This document shows positions 14,159 through 27,381 of a stretch of DNA of 64,000 bases, in pieces (position 1 is the first letter of the stretch; each line of letters begins with the position of its first letter). The notes beneath the pieces were generated by a model. That model saw only the letters and a list, made by a program, of their open reading frames with translations. It was not told the DNA's origin and searched no databases. The translations under genes and the position numbers were made by a program. Source of the DNA: Iphione sp. A-MEVVRFRX5 (taxonomy: Eukaryota); the NCBI GenBank assembly GCA_976226885.1, contig OZ320317.1, forward strand, positions 66,030,001-66,094,000, written 5' to 3'.

Positions 14159-14339
14159 CAGTGGGATCCCTATTTGTGACCATCCCTTGGGTCCAGCCAA
14201 AAGTGGTTGTATTACTGAATTTGGTCGCAAATAGATGACTGTTAATACAAGAAATCAACACTTCTGTTCCAAGCAGAAGTGGTCGTATATTAGTGAGCCT
14301 GGTCACAAAACGATGTGGTTGCAAATGGGGTTTCCACTG
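14159..14339. mobile_element. Tc1/mariner-pogo-type MITE, 181 bp, TA target duplication
   Basis: ta|CAGTGGGATCCCTATTTGTGACCA ... TGGTTGCAAATGGGGTTTCCACTG|ta: 24-bp imperfect TIRs. Confidence 0.8.
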
Positions 14340-15034
14340 TACAACTTGAAGAGTGAATTGTATGCCTCCCACACCCGGTTGTACATTAGAATCTCGACAA
14401 TATAGTCATCCTCCATTCGAGCAAAGAGGCCTCAACAACCTGTTGTCTGCACGTCTGAGTGTGTACCAATGTGGTCTTAACGATTTGCATGATCTCTGAG
14501 GAAGAATTACATAAGAGGCGTGGCCAACTGAAGTCGTCGACAAACTCTCTGATAAGCTCACCGTTATGCTTAACCCTTGTTACTTCAATGCCTTTTGTGG
14601 CTGCCTCCTACCCCAGTGGGAAGTTCTCTCTCTATTTCATGACACCTGGCACACTTGTCTACTGGTGATTTCACTTTAAGGCCCGGTTTCCTTACATGCG
14701 GCGATGTCTGTCAGCATTTCTATGTTGTGAATTATGTCATTCTTGGTTTATAGGCTATCAGTAAGAGGTGTTCCATACCTGTGGTGATGCGTGTGTGCAT
14801 TGCTGTGCGTTGACATGGGTTACCCATTTTCGGTCCCTTCCTATAAATTTGCAGCGCAACACACAGCAATGCACAGCAGTATAGGGAGATGAGGGTATCT
14901 AGAAATCATATTTCTTCACATTTAGTCACATTTATTCACAGTTCTTCACTTTTGGATGTGATTACTGCACATATCCATACATTTCCACACAATGCCTTTT
15001 TTCTGGAATTTTCCTACACATTTTTCCCATTTTG

Positions 15035-15155
15035 GGGGCTGTTTTCCATAAAATAAGCCATTTTTGGGCCGATTTTCCATGTAATATGCCATTTTTCGGG
15101 CTGTTTTCCATGAAATAGATCATTTTTCGGCATGTTTTCCATGAAATATGCTCGT
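15035..15155. repeat. 31-bp tandem repeat, 4 copies
   Basis: GGGCTGTTTTCCATGAAATA.GCCATTTTTC units. Confidence 0.8.
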
Positions 15156-17912
15156 TTTTAGTGGTTTTTCACCATTTTACATATTTTTTCCCCTCCTTTA
15201 TGCACACAAATGCACGCATGTATGGAACACCCCTCTGCAGGAGGGTGCAGGAAAAAACAAATGCACATCGCTGCAGCTGGACCTCTCCCACACTCTCCTG
15301 CACCTCACTGCAAGTATGGAAACCGAGTCTTAATAGGATATGTTTAACTGTACAGTATTAGGGTATGTCACTTTGGTACCCAATATTCAACAACCACAGA
15401 GTGAGGCAACAACAGTTTTGATCTGCCTGCAGTCCTGAGGTTCCTCCAAATGAAAATAAAATATAGAGGCGAACGGTTCATTCTGAGCTAATTCCACTGC
15501 ATTTGCCTGCCGCCTATATTTTGCAGTTGACCACATAATGAATTTCCCCTGTACTATCTGCAGGGTGCATTGAATACCTCTTGTATATCAGTATACTATC
15601 TCCAGGGTGGATTCAATTGTTCCTCCTGTGGCTGCATTGTTTCACCAAAATGCAGTCAACCGGTCAAGACAAGAAAGGGGACCTATGACGTCTATTGTCT
15701 CCCACCAGCCACTCAATCAATGGTTATTTTCTGCCTGGGTGAGCAGACTATGACATAGCTTTGTTTCAAATATAAAAACAAAAGGACTCTATGTATGTCA
15801 GTTTGTATGTGCAATCACATATTCAAATTTATTAATTTGACCTATAAATCACTCGGAATGACACAAAAATAAACCAATGTCAAAAGTCCATATGGGGAAC
15901 AGCCTATTGAAAATAGAGCATTTGATTCGATGGTTTAAAAGGAAATACACCCACAAGATTACGATGGAGATCAGACGATCAAACAGCAGCATTCCTGAGG
16001 TACCCCCATCCCAGTAGTCTCTGATTCCCTCGTCTCATATACCAAGGAAAGGAACTGGCAGGCGATGGATATAGGGTCCGGATTTTAGTGTCAATGTCGT
16101 TTAAAGTTCTGTTCAGACCCATGAACTTTGCAAAAAGCCATATTTGTGTGTGACCAGTTTCTAAACTGGGTTTCGCTTCGCTAATTCGAAAGCCCGTTGG
16201 TCTCATTCATCAACAAGGAGGGTCCCCAGGGGCTGATCACTAATTGAGTAGTTCTTGTGAGGCCCAAAAGATATCTTGGTACGCACGCATGTTCACTGAA
16301 ACGTATCAAAAGCAACCGAACCTGATGATTCTTTGTCAAAATACAGAACCACCGCACCAGCCTAATCACCGCTAGTTAGGCAAGTTCCACTTCAATACCA
16401 CTAGCATCGTTTTGTATCATACGCAGTTGTTTGGGGAGATTAAGTAAATCCTCCCTTGAGGATAATGACATTTTGAACTATCAGACCAAAATACGATAGT
16501 ATTGTGAGAAGGTTAAAAGTTATGATATGTATAAGAAGTGAGACTTGAACTTTTCAAATGGGAGTTCAATTGTAGACTGAGCCAGCCAGAGGAAAACTCA
16601 CTGGCAATACAGAAGGACGTGAACCGAATTGATTTCCTGATAAAAAATGATTCCATAACTTCGCAACAAAGTATAAATTCAGGAAAAGTTTCAGACGAAT
16701 TTGTACAGGATGGGGCCAACTTCACTGAATACGACAATAGAAATTCAATAATGAGACCCTTAATTTGATAACCACAGAGAAATAACTATAGGACATGTAA
16801 TTCATTCACATGTGACATAGGAAGATATTTTCGATCAATTTGGCGGCCTTAAGGTTTTCACTGGAAATGTAAATAGTGTCCTCCTGAAGTGAAAGCTTTC
16901 ACCCAGGATATCTGACACTGTATATGATTGATTCCTATTACTTCTTCAGCTGTGAGTGTGACTGCCGGCCATATTTCTATTGCAGAGGCAGTTACTTGTC
17001 TCTCCTTTTGTTATGCTGACTGCTCGACGTAGGCAGGTGGCACAGCCGACATGGGGGGAGGGAGGTGAAAGGTGGCAGGAAAGAATGAGTTAACAGTACA
17101 GCAATGTACATAACTGTCGACGATAGGCCAATACAATAGATACGTCAATCATATACACCTGTCTGTCCTTTTAAAAGAGCACACCCAAGGCCGGCCGCTG
17201 CTAGAAAACAGATATTGTAGCCAGGTACAATAAGGTTACGGATATGGTATCATAATATCATTTTGACCTCCACATTCATTCATTGCTGTACACATGTCAT
17301 TATATAAAACCACCCAGTGCCATTTTAGTGGCTACCATAACAAATGAAGCTAACGGTGAAATGTACACTGATCAGTATTTCAATCTACTTATTTTACATT
17401 TTCTAGAGCTTTTTTCAGTCGGTATTGTCAATACTTTTATTTGTATGACAGTGGTATAAACTAAGCCTCTCATAATGTAACTGAAAAATTTCAGTTATGT
17501 CATAAATGGGATAGGTAACTGAATATCGTAATTCAGATTGCACCTATGGGTACAAAAAATGTCGAGGGCAATTCCTGTTATTTTACTCCATCAGAAAACT
17601 TTCAAACTGAGAAGAAATCCTGAGCTATCATTCAGTATAATCAACAAAAACATATGGACGAAATGACATTTCTTGTGGATATGGGGCTAAACTGTCAATT
17701 ATGTAGTGGTAACACTGCCATCACCCGAATACTATCGAATGTAAATGATCTTTAATAAACAGCACTCTTATGATGGCCTAGAATCAATTTACAGTTATAC
17801 CGTGGACTACTATAGCTTGGCAATTAACCAGGTTTGTAATGTATGTATATCGCTTGTTCGTCCCTGAAGTAGGTCTTTGGTATAACGACACACATACAAA
17901 TACATGTATGTA

Positions 17913-19241
17913 GGGGAAAGGTGGGTAATTTGGACCAGTGGGTAAATTGGACCACATCAAGATCTCTGATTTTCAGGCAAAGAAGGAATATGAGCACCAT
18001 CCAACAACAAGTGATATACCTACACAATGTCTCAGAACTAAGATATGGTGGCTTCAAAAAAACATGTGCCAAACTGAGACACATTATTGGTTTTATGTCT
18101 CACTGATCTAATTTTACCAATTATATTTGGCAATGTAGTTGTGAGCACAAAGTACATAGAGCCCTATTATAACTTTATATCAATACTGTCTTACTCAGAA
18201 GCAATACTAACATCAAGTTTAGTCTCTGTCATCTACACAAAAATGAGCGGAAAACATTTTTCTTGGAGATTGGTGTGTGGGTAAATTGGACCACTATAGG
18301 GAGGGTATATTGGACCACTAGTCAAACTACCTGACTCAGTCCAATCTACCTACACAACCATTACCTTTTCTTTTATCTGTTAAGCAGACTTTGGAGAAAC
18401 CTTGTGGTATTCATATTTGGTCTCAACATGGAGCTATCATATGATGACAATCTATTTTGAACTAAGATAGTAAATGTAGTGCAAGTTTATGGAACTCCAT
18501 GATGTGCCTTTTTCTACTGTAAGTATTTTTTCACTGAAATGAAAGGCATCATTTAAGAAAATAAATAGAGAAACATTTGTTGGTTTTTATTTATTTACTT
18601 TTGGTTCTAACATATTTTAGACTTTTAATGACAAGATAATTGGTATAGATGTGTGGTAATTTGCCCGGGTATTCAAGAAGGTCATCAACAAAGCTCCTAT
18701 CATTAGTGCAAGGAGTTTTTTAGGCCTGAGAGGTTATCTTGTCAAATAAATGTTTCCAGTTTTTAAAATGTTTGGTGAAACATTTTAAATATACATGTAC
18801 ACATAGTTTATAAAGTTGCAGTAACAGGTATGAAAGGAATCTAATACCCCAAGAATGCAGGTCCCATTCTGTTGTACATATTTTGATGGTAGAAGTCACA
18901 AAGTCCATTAGCATTATAACTAATAGTGACCAAAACCTTTATAAGCCATGCTGTTGTTCATGGGACTTGCAATTCTAGGACCTAGATTCATTTTACACCT
19001 GACTGTTCAGACTATGGCACCTGGTCCAATTTACCCTCCCTGTTCTGTAAACTGTACCAGTCATAAAAAATTTTCAATTGCATTTTACTCAAAGACTAAT
19101 GTAACTAAAATTCCCCCAGTTTGTTAAAATATGCTGCAGCCCCTATTGCTTCAAAATAAGCAAAGTTTTTGTACAGTGGCTTAGACATTTTGATTTTAGA
19201 GCATGTTTTTCTTAGGGGGTCCAAATTACCCACCCTTCCCC
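17913..19241. mobile_element. Non-autonomous pogo-like DNA transposon (1.33 kb)
   Basis: ta|GGGGAAAGGTGGGTAATTTGGACC ... GGTCCAAATTACCCACCCTTCCCC|ta. Subterminal GGGTAAATTGGACC repeats at about 17941, 18279, 18305 and inverted at about 18340, 19023. No intact transposase ORF. Confidence 0.8.
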
Positions 19242-19443
19242 TACATTATATATGAGGAAGGGTGGTACCAATGTCTGTGTAACGAACTTGAACATTCTCA
19301 CAATATTTAAATTACAGGATCTTCATGCATGGTTGTCATGGTGGACACGACTTCCCTCGTTAAAAACATGCATCCTTGTTGGGCAAAAACACATGTACAC
19401 AAAAAATAACCTTTCCCTGAGACACGTCTCCTTGACAACGTAC

Positions 19444-20922
19444 CTCCTCAGCGCTCGGCGTCACCTTTCCACGGAATTCCCTGACGCTGACGAGACGCAC
19501 AATATGACCGTTGGGAGTGACCTTCCCCGACGAAAGGTCATTTCCTCGTTGCCATGGAAACCGAAGGCCGAGCAGTCGGGCAATGGGAGACGAATGACGC
19601 CAGTGCTGCTCGTGCCGTCGGCACCTTCCGGTGTCAGGTTCAGCGACCGTGGGAATGCCGACCGATGGAGCTGCGCAGCCATCGCAAATTGCGGCTTCCG
19701 TCGTCTCGCCACATCGGAGGCCAGTCCCGCCTGTATCTTGCACTTCATGGTTGATGCCAGCGACTGCTATTAAGCCGCTGCTCTCTTGGCCTCTTTCCTT
19801 CCCCTCGGACTCATCGCTCCTGCCCGGTAACCGTCCATCCCGACACGTAATCCACTCCACCGGAGATGGGTCGCCTTTTCCTTCAGGAGCAGTTGAAGGA
19901 CGGTGTTGCGTTTCTTTCGTCAAACTTACCCCATCGCATTCCCTGGAGCTCGCGGCTGATGGGTAGCTTTTATCACTGGCCACATTCACACATTCCCGTG
20001 GGTGCATGGCTGAGCCCGGAGGCAGTGGGCAAACCTCCATCTCGGATTGTATATGGGCGCTAGCCAAATCTTTGATTGGTCGACTAGTATGTAACGTAAT
20101 TGCATTTCGGTATGATGGGTCACCCTCGTTATGGACACCAACTGCACTTCTCGTTGTAGAGTTCATTGGTAAACGTCGTCTGTCGCACTCACGTGGTTTG
20201 CCTAATGATTGATTGACTTTGTCACTACATTCTACTGATGTGTTTACGTCAGTGTACCTGGACCCTGACAGATTGGACAGGCTATTGGTGACCGTGAGAT
20301 CATGGGTGCTCGTGTTGCTAATCGTTGGAAAAGATGCTTTGCTTGTCTCAATATCTTTACTGGTGAGGGACTCAATTGTGGTGTCAGGAGCTACCTGGGA
20401 GAAGTCAACGCCATCGGAAAGGGCAAGGTTTCCTGCTCTAGACGACCGAGTAGCGTCTGCCGATCTATGACACGGCCTAAAAGCGGCATTGCCCAGATCT
20501 AGAGCGGAAGTCGAAGGGTAACGGTGGTCAGTTGGAAGCCGACTGTCGCCATGTGCGACATCAGCGGCAGGATGGTCGATCGTCGAGTATATATCATCAA
20601 GTGAACTGTACCGGAAGACCTCTGTTTTCCGGTAGGAGCCTACGCAGATCGACAGACCTCTGTTTCCTGACTTCCGGTGGTCGTTGGTTACATCGTACCC
20701 ATGGCCACGCAACGTGTTAATCACATGACCTTTTGGGCGGAAAACATTGCTACACATCCTGAGGTTTTTTCGCAGCGATAGTTTTGCCAGCTTTCCTATT
20801 ATTGTTTTACTCGGCTTTGTGCCTTTTTCTCTTGCTCCGGACATAATTGTCACAAAACCGATTGATAATCGCATCCTTGGCCGTTTACTTCCATGTTTTG
20901 CTCTTACTCTCTTTGATATATA
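19444..20922 (-). CDS. Large exon (493 codons), Ser/Thr/Arg-rich disordered segment of gene B
   Basis: 523-aa ORF with acceptor ctcttatgcttcag|TATA at 20922 (or an internal ATG start) and donor GAGGAG|gtacgt at 19444. Phase 0. Confidence 0.8.
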
Positions 20923-23900
20923 CTGAAGCATAAGAGCGATGTTTCTTTAAACAGACACATTTCTGTATATATCTCTGGCCGGTAAATTCCAACGTATACA
21001 AAATGTCTCTCGAAACTGTCTCTTGAGAACGATGCTTGCCTTATTATATATAGATATAGATACCCATGTAGAGATGGTTCTCAAATTCTTTTGAATAAAG
21101 TACACAAAGCCTAGGATCCTACATACATGTACTTCAAAGTTAGCGGTAATTGATTGTCAACATCCAGACTCTGCAGGTGCGAATCTCCCATGGTGATCTG
21201 GTAAGTGTAACTTAGGATAGATTTGGGAGTCATACCCCGAGCCCAATACTGCACCCTGCCCTAGATGATGTTGGTTCGTATAGGTAAAGCAGATCTCATT
21301 TTGCTTATTTAGGAGTCGTGCAAGGCGTCGTGCGAAATACATGTATATATTAGCGTGATGATAACCAACTAATATAGGACAGCTGGGTAACTATACGTAC
21401 GCATAAACTGATCTTCGTTCGCAACATACTCTAATATTGCTCTTTATCTTCATTCTTCGATAAAGAGCTATCGTTACGATATGAATGCCTTGAGAGCATT
21501 GACCTACAAATGATTATATATAGGACCTATGTAAATATCTAGCACACATAGTTAAACTGAACATAGCCATCCAAGGGAATACTCAGACTAGAATACACGT
21601 ATTCAAGATGACTAGTCAAACTTGTGACGAAGGCGCATCCTATCTAATTCAAATCATATCGTCAGAAATATAAGTCCTAATTCATGTTACATGAAACACG
21701 AGGGTACTGTAGGCCGAATAGGCGGGCTACTGCTTCCATTCGTTAACACCACTGACTCTGAAATGTAAATATGCATATTCACGAGTACAACTGTTTTGTG
21801 AATGTATATATACTGTCTCCGACAGGGATCAAGTCTTCATTATCCAAATGTTCCTCTGAAGTCCTACCATTAGGGAATGCAAGTGTGTATTGTTTTACTC
21901 CACATGTGTGTATTGTATGCATTTCTTCCCAGTGATACTTTCCACGTGTAGCTGTCGTGTTCTTCGCATAATTTATATGGACATATAGATCTGCTGATTT
22001 AATTAACATACGCACTTGTAGGTGACGAGCAAAAATATACATAGACCTATAATTATCCAGATGTTTATAATAGAGCAACTTGCTCATAATAAACTGCTCC
22101 GCATACACTTTTTCCTTTGCCAACAGTAGTGCGCCTTGGCTTGTTTAGGCGACATGCATGCCTAATGCTTGGCGATGTCCTCCTTGAATAAAAGCCATAT
22201 AATTCTAGACGATCCTTGTCTCTTGTGTGTAGTAACTGTAGTGTCCATCGCCACTAATTATCCACTGCCGTATTGAATGCTTGCCTACAGCTAATTATTT
22301 CTCTTGCGGCCGGTTTTGTATCCAACATTGTGTGTATATATATTCAGAACTGCCTTTGTCAGATTAGTACGGTTTCCTGAAATCTCAGACATATCCTTTT
22401 CCAATTCTACGAAAAAGTGCAGTGAGGAGTAACCTGAACAATATTAGCCTACGTCTGCCAGGAGGACGTCTTCCTTGTCATACATGAGTCAATAACATCC
22501 TTCCACAACGAGACTTCCTATTAATATCGACTATCTGTGTGGATGTACATGTATTCTTTCGTAAACTTGTCAGTCGAAATCTTTAGAGTCTATATTAGTA
22601 CCACGTAAAAGATTCTAATGTCCATTGTCATTATCTCCAATCATATCCATGTATTGCAAGAAGTGCATGTTCTGTTTCCGGCCATATTGACGTTCTTATG
22701 TGAAATGGCTTGCTCTATGGAAATGTGCGGGCTGTTTCTGTAGTTCACATCCTCATGAACATCGCAATGCTCCACGATAAGTTGTAGGGATGACAAACAA
22801 TAAGGCTTCACCTCTTTATCCCCATAATATGCACGTAATAGGTTATTTCTGCCAATGTTTTGGGTGATATCCATTTAACCCTCTGCGAAGTTTAAACACG
22901 TACGCAGTATGTGGTATCTAGACAACGTCTGCTCCAGGTTTCCCTTGTATAAGACGCAAGCATCTGCCTCCTTTTTGCGATGCAGCAAGGTTCAACTTAG
23001 GCTCCGATTAGACTGGTATGCCACTATCACCAAACTGGCTTTCCCTGGACAAATGAACTTTCCTGTTTATCTACACAACTGTTCTAATAGCCCTATCACA
23101 GACCGGCCTTGTAAATAGATCTATACGCTGTGGGTCGGATGATACTGGGGGGGGGGGGGGATTTAGCAAGATTGGCCATGCACGCACCCACATCGTGAGG
23201 GAATGGAGGAATGTATGTCGTGAAGGAAATGAATATTCGGTTGACCTTTTAATGATGATTATGTTTCATTTAGCGTGAAGCAAATAAAAGAGAGAAACAC
23301 TGGAGAGTGAGGTAACGGATTGAGCCTACTGTTCTGTGCAACAAATATGCTACACATATACATATGATCAATAACCTATCGGGCTGATTCTGTCAATCAA
23401 AGGCGTCTTTCAGAGTGGAATACGCCAATAATTATATACCCATGCTTGCGTAATGTTGATAATATTAACCTGAACACCATAGTAGTATTGAATAAAGTCT
23501 ATTAATGTTAACCAGTCATACCCAATTCAGTTAGATGTTTTATTTATGGATTATACACGTGTTCTGTCTAGTTTATCATAAGTATTAATTAATTAAGCAC
23601 TTTGCCCGTCGAGCATGTTTCCTCTTTTTATCGCTCTGAGGTATATTAAAAACGTATGGCCCGGTGCATCTAAATGTATCTCAAAGTGTTGTAAGCTTTT
23701 TCAGGCCCGTCATGCAATATTAAATCAGCATATTTATGTATCTACTGTCAATATTTTATATACTTCTGCACTCAATTCCTTTTACTTATTCAACAATATC
23801 ATGGAGGCCTATCCTGAAATGGTTTCAAACTTTACATGTCTTACGATGTTTAATTTCAAAGACACCTAATTTGTTGTCAAGTTGCTGGAGTAGCTGTTAA

Positions 23901-24797
23901 TGAGAGTATTGACCCAATTAAATATCTATACACAATATTCTTCACCCCGACAATATACTTCTCACCTAGGGTCATGAGCATAATTAGGACTGCCTGAATT
24001 GCATTTCCCGAGCAACATTTATTGCGCAGGAAACACGAAGATATAGCCTCTATTCGGACATGGAGATAGGGTGGGGAAGGCTTGTTTTTAAAGGGAAAAT
24101 GGGACATTTCAGGGGTCAATCTCATATGTCTGTGACGACTGAGAGTTTGTTGTCAGGTCCAGTGAGCCATTGAAAGTTACTAGGGTATATTGGTTGCACC
24201 TATATACTTGTGATATTTCATTCAAATCCCCTCCTACTTACAAATCTGGAGAATGAGGCGATTTCATGTATATAACTTGTTCAAGTAATAACAGGGATCG
24301 AATTACGATGGGTAACATTATAGAGAAAATATGCTTGTCTTGTCATATAAAACCTTTAATCTAATCATATTGGCGACAATTCGCTAATGTGCTGAAGAAT
24401 ACAATTCTTCATTGAAGAGGCATCGGAAAATTAAAGATATCCTCCATCTTTCTGTGTCTATATATTAGTCAGAAAGTATAACGTGTCGAAATTTCAGTGA
24501 AAACCAGACATCCCACATTGTCATTACAAATGACAGAGAAGGAGAAGGAGGATGATTAGGAGTAGGAGCAAGATCTACGAAAGGTTAAATCGAATCTCAG
24601 GTATGTCACACGGAGTCCATCAAAGGGGAGGCCTGCCTGTGCAACGATCATTTCCAGCAGCTTAAGTGTATCCTTTTACTGCCTAGTCCACACCTTATGC
24701 TGTCAGATCCTGATACTCGCTTGTAATCCTCAAAGGGAGAGAGGGCATTCTTCACGGATGGATTTAGAGCCGCCATCCTTATCAATGATGGGTAATT

Positions 24798-24868
24798 GAA
24801 CAAAATCCGCAGAAACCGTAAATAGCAAGGTAATAGAACAAAATCCGCAGAAACCGTAAATAGCAAGG
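24798..24868. repeat. Perfect 33-bp duplication, 38-bp period
   Basis: GAACAAAATCCGCAGAAACCGTAAATAGCAAGG occurs twice. Confidence 0.9.
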
Positions 24869-26914
24869 CATGATTTTATGCAGCGAATAGAATATCGAAA
24901 AAGAAACATCAAAAGTAACTACCACAACTTTAAAAATAGAATTTACACTCGAAGGCGAGTGGCAAATCTAATAGTTATTGTATATAGACACTGGCAAATA
25001 CATGTATATTTATCTCTTGGTGGTGTGCCACACAGAATTAAGATGTTTACTTAGTCATAATCAACACTGACTATTGAACAGATCTCGCCAGCATAAAAAG
25101 ATTATTTCAATATTTACGGGTCATGCCTGAGAATCCCGAAAGTCACGAGCTTCTGTCTAAATTAAGGACGCAGCTTCCATGTTAACGTTGCATAAAAATA
25201 GAGTGAAAATAGTGCATACAGTTCCCTGCCTGTTAGTCGCCGCCGTGTGTGATGACATGGGTATTCGCTAAGCTCACGTCTAATAGTTTTGTTTTACTCA
25301 TTACTTTCGATTTCGAAGGTACAAATATAACCATTGGTTTCCTGGTGTCTGTAGAAATTATGATGGAGAATTCTTAAGTAAACAACGCATGGACTACTTT
25401 TTACAGTCGGGGAAAACCGTAATACATGTCTATGTACATCTAATCCTAACATCAAAAATACCTAGGGTATAAGAGTAGCATCCGAATCGAATATCCTCCC
25501 CAGCAAAAAGCACGCATTAAATTGTATTTCTGCGCTAGTTCCTGCCTTAGGCGTAAGTCTGTGTCTCGACAACCATGCCTAATCTGAAGACGTCGTCTGG
25601 ACAGTGGTCGCAGTGTTATCTGCTCCGTATAAAAACACAGTTCAAAGGAGCGATATCGAAAACTGATCGGCTGAATTAACTCTTGATCTACTGTCCCTCC
25701 ATGGAAACGACGCCAACTATTGGAAAGTAGGATAACTAACTGTTCAAAGAGCCCGAAGAAAAAGCAGCTCCACAACGTCTGAGATTCTATTTATGTGGCA
25801 TTGCATCTGAGGCCATTTCTTTTGAAGCAGAAAAAGGGAGACTTCTGAATGTCGGAGGTCAGTGTATAGATGTTTATGAGTATTTGTATTTGCCCTACCT
25901 AAGTGTATATGCATGTGTGCATCTTCAACATAAAACAACGGGGTTGATATGGCTTTAGAAAGGTAACCCTTCCATCTCAGTATTACCCGCGGACTAGGAT
26001 GACTGATCGGTTTTGCAAGTAGTAAAATTGCAGGCTCTTTTTATATTCATACCTGGCCCATGATGAATAAACATAGTCATCGGCATGCCCTATGACCTCT
26101 ACACTCTACATATTTTTGAAGCTACGATAGCGTAGGTCCACAGGATTGAAATGGCATGGCTGTAACATAATGCAGCTGTCAGTATAATATAGAGTACAAA
26201 ATGAATCAGCCTTTCGTTCAGCTTTTTTCATCTACACTGAACAAAGTGGTACCGATTTCTGATGAAATAAAAGGAAACATTTCCAAATTCACGTAGGACC
26301 AGGCTGTAAAGATTAAGACACTAACTTGGATCCTATGTTTACGTTGTGCGTGACGTCACAAGCAGTCCAGTGTAGTCTGGCAATCTGCAGATTTGTCAGT
26401 TTCTCAAGGGGAAAAAGTATGTAAAAGATGAGGACACTTGATGGGAGGAGATTAAAAATCTTTGATATAAATCCTGCTCAGGGATTTTCCTAACACTACT
26501 AAGCAACCAAGATCAATGTGAGGCAATAAGATCCTTTCAGCAGTAGACCTCCCCCCCCCTGCCCCCAGATTTCGCTAGACATAACCACCATCCTCCTAAT
26601 GGATCTCTTCATAATTTAAACTTAGAAGTCCGAAGTAAACGAAACAAGGCTGTATTAAAGGTGACGTTTTCCTAAAAGCATAGTCAATTGATCGTGCTTG
26701 CTCCATGTGTATCGTTACTTCCGTGGTGTTCTCGATGGAAATATGTTGCAATCCTGTCCAGCCATGTGTCTCGCAGTCCATAGAAATATCGATGTTTTGA
26801 CCTCTAGGGAACAAGAGGCGTGAAACATGATCTACATTGAGGCGTGGAACGTCACCTATATGGAGTAGCTCGTTACCCGCTAATGGATTTGAGACCTTCC
26901 TGAGAGTCGCTCAC

Positions 26915-27381
26915 CTGTTTATCTGACTCATCAAAAAACCATGCCCAGCCAATAGAACTCATAGAGCAATTATGTGTCTGAAGTTTTGAAGCAAGATTAA
27001 CTGACAAACCGTACGGCTTACACCATATTTTGGATAAAACTCCCATTCTATTATAGGCAATGTTTGTCAACCGTATTTTTTTCTGCAAGAACCACGACAC
27101 CGGTTTTCTATGAATGGGAACTGTCCCAATCAAAGAAGTACAGAGTCCACGTTGTTTTAGCAAAAGTACAGGGAGAAATAGGCTCAATTTACGGGGGGGG
27201 TATATCTTGAATTGCGTAGAAATGCATCGTTTAACACTTTCAAAGTCACGATATACCCCTTTTTTTGTCATCAGCATTTCAGCAAGGAGTATTATGTCCT
27301 TCTCAGAGGTAAAGGGTCTCCTCACTTGCTTTTGTAAAGTTTCTATTAGATCGACTGCCAGTATCCCCACCAAGCCTTCAC
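26915..27381 (-). CDS. Internal exon, 155 codons (EGLVGILAVDLIETLQKQ...WAWFFDESDKQ)
   Basis: 166-aa AT-rich ORF bounded by acceptor ttattgaccag|GTGA and donor AAACAG|gtgagc. Phase 1 to 0. Confidence 0.55.

Noticed and set aside
15960-16800. Possible decayed retroelement or viral ORF on the minus strand
   Set aside because: The best frame has about 8 stops in about 140 codons, close to random, and has no diagnostic RT or integrase motif.
21779-25775. Chain of phase-compatible candidate exons (about 25.7, 24.75 and 22.1 kb)
   Set aside because: Weak splice sites and no homology; phase matching alone arises easily by chance. Candidates at about 31.1, 32.8, 47.4, 48.2 and 57.0 kb were left uncalled for the same reason.
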